Shown here: piece by piece, positions 7,901 to 10,719 of the stretch | Layout: the number at the start of each line of letters is the position of its first letter | Position numbering within the stretch: the first letter of the stretch is position 1 | Assembly: GCF_006345805.1 (NCBI RefSeq) | Contig: NW_021827368.1 | Coordinates: 1 to 10,719 of the forward strand | Direction: 5' to 3' | DNA: 10,719 nucleotides | DNA from: Octopus sinensis | Lineage: Eukaryota | Notes under the pieces: model-generated | Database searches by the model: none | Seen by the model: the letters and a program-made list of their open reading frames with translations, nothing else | What the model was told of the DNA's origin: nothing | Made by a program: the position numbers and the translations under genes

Positions 7901-8003
7901 AATTCACTGGAATTAGTTGGAATAGTCGCTACTAAGGTGAGTGGTCGATACCAAAAGAAGATAGTTACTTTGTGGGTGGATGACTATTGAGAACAAATTT
8001 ATA

Positions 8004-8497
8004 TTGGGCTGGTGCATAATTATTGCGGCTTTTTTTCAAGAAATTTTATTCAACAAAAGCAATAACAATGTTTAACAAAAACATCTTTAAATGATTATTC
8101 CGGGGCATATTCACCATCTACTTCAATACCTATTTCTTTATTACCCACAAGGAGCTAAACACAGAGGAGACAAACAAGGACAGACATAGGTATTAAGTCG
8201 ATTACATCGACCCCAGTGCGTAACCGGTACTTAATTTATCGACCCCGAAAGGATGAAAGGCTAAGTCGACCTCGGCGGAATTTGAACTCACAACGTAACG
8301 CAGACGAAATATCGCTAAGCATTTCGCCCGGCACGCTAACGTTTCTGCCAGCTCGCCGCCTTACTTCAATACCTGCTTCCCATTTGCTTGGCAGACGGTC
8401 AGACGGTCATTTAAAGATGTTTTTGTTAAATATTGTTATTGTTTTTGTTGAATAAAATTTGTTGAAAAAAAGCCGCAATAATTACGCACCAAACCGA
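8004..8497 (-). mobile_element. Mariner MITE copy 1, interrupted by SINE-A
   Basis: TA (8002-8003) then TTGGGCTGGTGCATAATTATTGCGG ... CCGCAATAATTACGCACCAAACCGA then TA (8498-8499). 251 bp once the SINE and one TSD copy are removed. Interior is the reverse complement of copy 2. Confidence 0.9.
8132..8361 (-). mobile_element. Full-length SINE-A monomer with array-type tail
   Basis: Runs from head to ...GTGGGTAATAAAGAAAT. Perfect 13-bp direct repeat TACTTCAATACCT at 8119-8131 and 8362-8374 (TSD). Confidence 0.95.
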
Positions 8498-8508
8498 TAG
8501 ATGTGACG

Positions 8509-8795
8509 TGAAGGCGCGTGACTTAGTAATTAACGTATTCGACTCACGATAGCAAGGCCGTGAGTTCGATTTCCGGCAGCGCGTTTTGTCCTTGAGCAAG
8601 ACTCTTTATTTCACGTTGCTCCAATCCACTCAACTGGCAAAAATGAGTTGTGCCTGTATTTCAAGGGGCCAGCCTTGTCACACTCTGTGTCATGCTGAAT
8701 CTCCTTGAGAACTACGTTGTGTACGTGTGTCTGTGGAGTACTCGGCCACTTGGCGCCGTTAATTTCACGAGCCGGCTATTGACAGACGCAGTCAC
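8509..8795 (+). mobile_element. SINE-C, tRNA-derived CORE-like SINE
   Basis: GAAGGCGCGTGACTTAGT (degenerate A box), GAGTTCGATTTCC (B box), TGTCCTTGAGCAAGACTCTTTA (CORE-like). 9-bp direct repeat GATGTGACG at 8500-8508 and 8796-8804. Confidence 0.82.
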
Positions 8796-8819
8796 GATGT
8801 GACGCAGACAGCAAATATT

Positions 8820-9069
8820 TTGGGTTGGTGCAAAATTATTGCGGCTTTTTTCAACAAGTTTTATTCAACAAAAACAATAACAATATTTAACAAAAACATC
8901 TTCAAATGACGGTCTGGCCGTCTGCCAAGCAAATGGGAAGCAGTAATTGAAGTAGATGGTGAATATGCTCCGGAATAAAAATTTAAAGATGTTTTTGTTG
9001 CATGTTGTTATTGTTTTTGTTGAATAAAAATTGTTGAAAAAGAGCCGCAATAATTATGCACCAACCTAA
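8820..9069 (+). mobile_element. Mariner MITE copy 2, 250 bp, ~88-bp inverted arms
   Basis: Ends TTGGGTTGGTGCAAAATTATTGCGG and CCGCAATAATTATGCACCAACCTAA|TA closely resemble the Hsmar1/MADE1 TIR (TTAGGTTGGTGCAAAAGTAATTGCGG). 8919-8978 encodes RLPSKWEAVIEVDGEYAPE*, a mariner transposase-like C-terminus. Confidence 0.92.
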
Positions 9070-9452
9070 TATATTTAACCTACTAATTCCTCCCTGAATG
9101 ATTCAATAGATGAGCCTATAATTGAAAATAGAGATTTATAACAACAATGATTTCTAGTATAAGAGCAAGGTCACACGTTGTCAAGAACTTGGTCGAGTCG
9201 TTGGTAGTGTATTTTAGTGACCCCGGAAGAAGGAAAGCAAAAGCGACCACGGCGGGATATGAACACAAAACGTTAGAAAAATCGTAATTAAATACCACAA
9301 AACAATTTATTTGGCTCTTTATCATTTGTGTCTACGATCAAAGACCGCGAGGAAAGACTGAACTTGATGCGTCAAGTTCGTTATTTGATTGGTGCTTATT
9401 TTCTTTCTTCTGGAAAAATTGAAATATGAAATATAATGACAAGGATGGAAAT

Positions 9453-9813
9453 ACTACTCTAGGCACAAGGCCCGAAAATTTTGGTAGTTGGGGCCAGTCG
9501 ATTAGATCAACTCCAGTACGTAACTGGTGCTTAGTTTATTGACCCCGAAAGGATGAAAGGCAAAGTCGATCTCGGCGGAATTTGAACTCAGAACGTAAAG
9601 ATAGACGTAATACCTGTTTCTTTACTACCCACAAGGGGCTGAACATAGAGAGGACAAACAAGGACAGACAGACGGATTAAGTCGATTATATCGACCCCAG
9701 TGCGTAACTGGTACTTAATTTATCGACCCCGAAAGGATGAAAGGCAAAGTCGACCTCGGCGGAATTTGAACTCAGAACGCGAAGACAGACGAAATACCTA
9801 TTTCTTTACTACC
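9453..9813 (-). mobile_element. SINE-A: partial tail + one 184-bp headless unit (9798-9615) + older terminal body with tail b
   Basis: Reverse complement gives GGTATTTCG unit ... AAAGAAACA|GGTATTACG body ... GGCCCCAACTACCAAAATTTTCGGGCCTTGTGCCTAGAG. Confidence 0.9.
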
Positions 9814-9819
9814 TACAAG

Positions 9820-10006
9820 GGTAGTAAAGAAATAGGTATTTCGTCTGTCACTACGTTCTGAGTTCAAATTCCCCCGAGGTCGACTTTGCCTTTCATCCTT
9901 TCGGGGTCGATAAATTAAGTACCAGTTACGCACTGGGGTCGATGTAGTCTGTCCTTGTTTGTCTTCTCTGTGTTTAGCCCCTTGTGGGTAGTAAAGAAAT
10001 AGGTAT
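9820..10006 (+). mobile_element. Headless SINE-A unit forming the right arm of a palindrome
   Basis: Reverse complement of 9610-9813 with a 17-nt deletion; ends in AAAGAAATAGGTAT. Confidence 0.9.
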
Positions 10007-10380
10007 ATATTTCATGAAAAGCTCTCAATAAACGAAGACACGCAAATCTATGAATACCAGGGATTTAGACGGGTAACTATGGTGTAGTAAGGTACTGTGA
10101 TGGGTGTAGTCTAAATCACCGAAACAGAGACTATGAGGGGCTTGAAGAATGAGTAAGAGTAAGCATGATATACGGGGCGTGTCTCCGAGGGATTGGCTGC
10201 GTGTAAGACAGGGGTAAGGTTAGTTCTAGAGATGAATTTAGTTAATTAGTATATTGCTTTGAGTCAGCGGCTTCTCCGAAGAAGAGTTTTGAGAGCGTGT
10301 AAATAAGTAGGTGCTCTTAAAGGTCTGCAAAGGATGAGCCATACATGTAACATCTGGCGTGTGCTCCCTCCTCTCTCACA

Positions 10381-10719
10381 GCCTTTTCATCATATATATA
10401 TATATATATTATATATATATATATATATTATATATACATACATATATATATACATACATACTTATAAAGATATGTGTGTTATATATGTATATATATTTAT
10501 ATACATGCTTATATAGATATGTGTGTATGTATATATATATCTGTGTCGTGTGTGTATGTGTATTTATAAAATTGGGAATATATAGTATATTTCATGTATA
10601 TGCATATCATATTCCAATATTTATTCGTCGCAAAAATATGTACATACATATATGTATATGTGTACATTTGAGTATATATGAATATGAATATGTGTGTGTG
10701 TATACACACGCATACCTAA
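10381..10719. repeat. TA/TG/CA low-complexity microsatellite field
   Basis: Imperfect (TA)n, (TACA)n and (TG)n runs to the end of the window. Confidence 0.9.

Noticed and set aside
9147-9379. 46-aa ORF (9147-9287) and an 8-bp hairpin GAACTTGA-TGCG-TCAAGTTC (9360-9379)
   Set aside because: No recognisable homology or splice support; a single short hairpin is not diagnostic.
10006-10015. TATATTTCAT is the reverse complement of 9426-9435, hinting at a further template jump after the palindrome
   Set aside because: Only 10 bp of AT-rich sequence; cannot be separated from chance.
10017-10380. Purine-skewed unique stretch, possible further LINE remnant
   Set aside because: I could not recover any recognisable protein motif by manual translation.

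Overview
Eukaryotic, repeat-dominated, non-coding DNA; the SINE families and microsatellite style look like an octopus/coleoid cephalopod genome (recognition from memory, not searched). I find no intact gene, and the listed ORFs are by-products of repeats. The window is a stack of nested mobile elements. (1) A decayed R4/Dong/Rex6-like non-LTR retrotransposon lies on the minus strand across ~3861-7900, broken into three pieces. (2) A 383-bp non-autonomous Helitron sits inside its RT catalytic motif. (3) Two 250-bp mariner MITEs carry Hsmar1-like TIRs. (4) Three tRNA-derived SINE families are present (A, B, C). The most unusual structure concerns SINE-A. Headless 184-bp units repeatedly sit inside other SINE-A copies at the same GGTATTTC site (9 units at 4627-6260, 2 at 1882-2249, at least 1 at 9615-9798). 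The one clean monomer has a target duplication starting with that same motif. This suggests a SINE that homes into its own relatives and builds a satellite. There is also a ~190-bp-arm fold-back palindrome and a perfect 72-bp inverted copy of a locus-specific junction.
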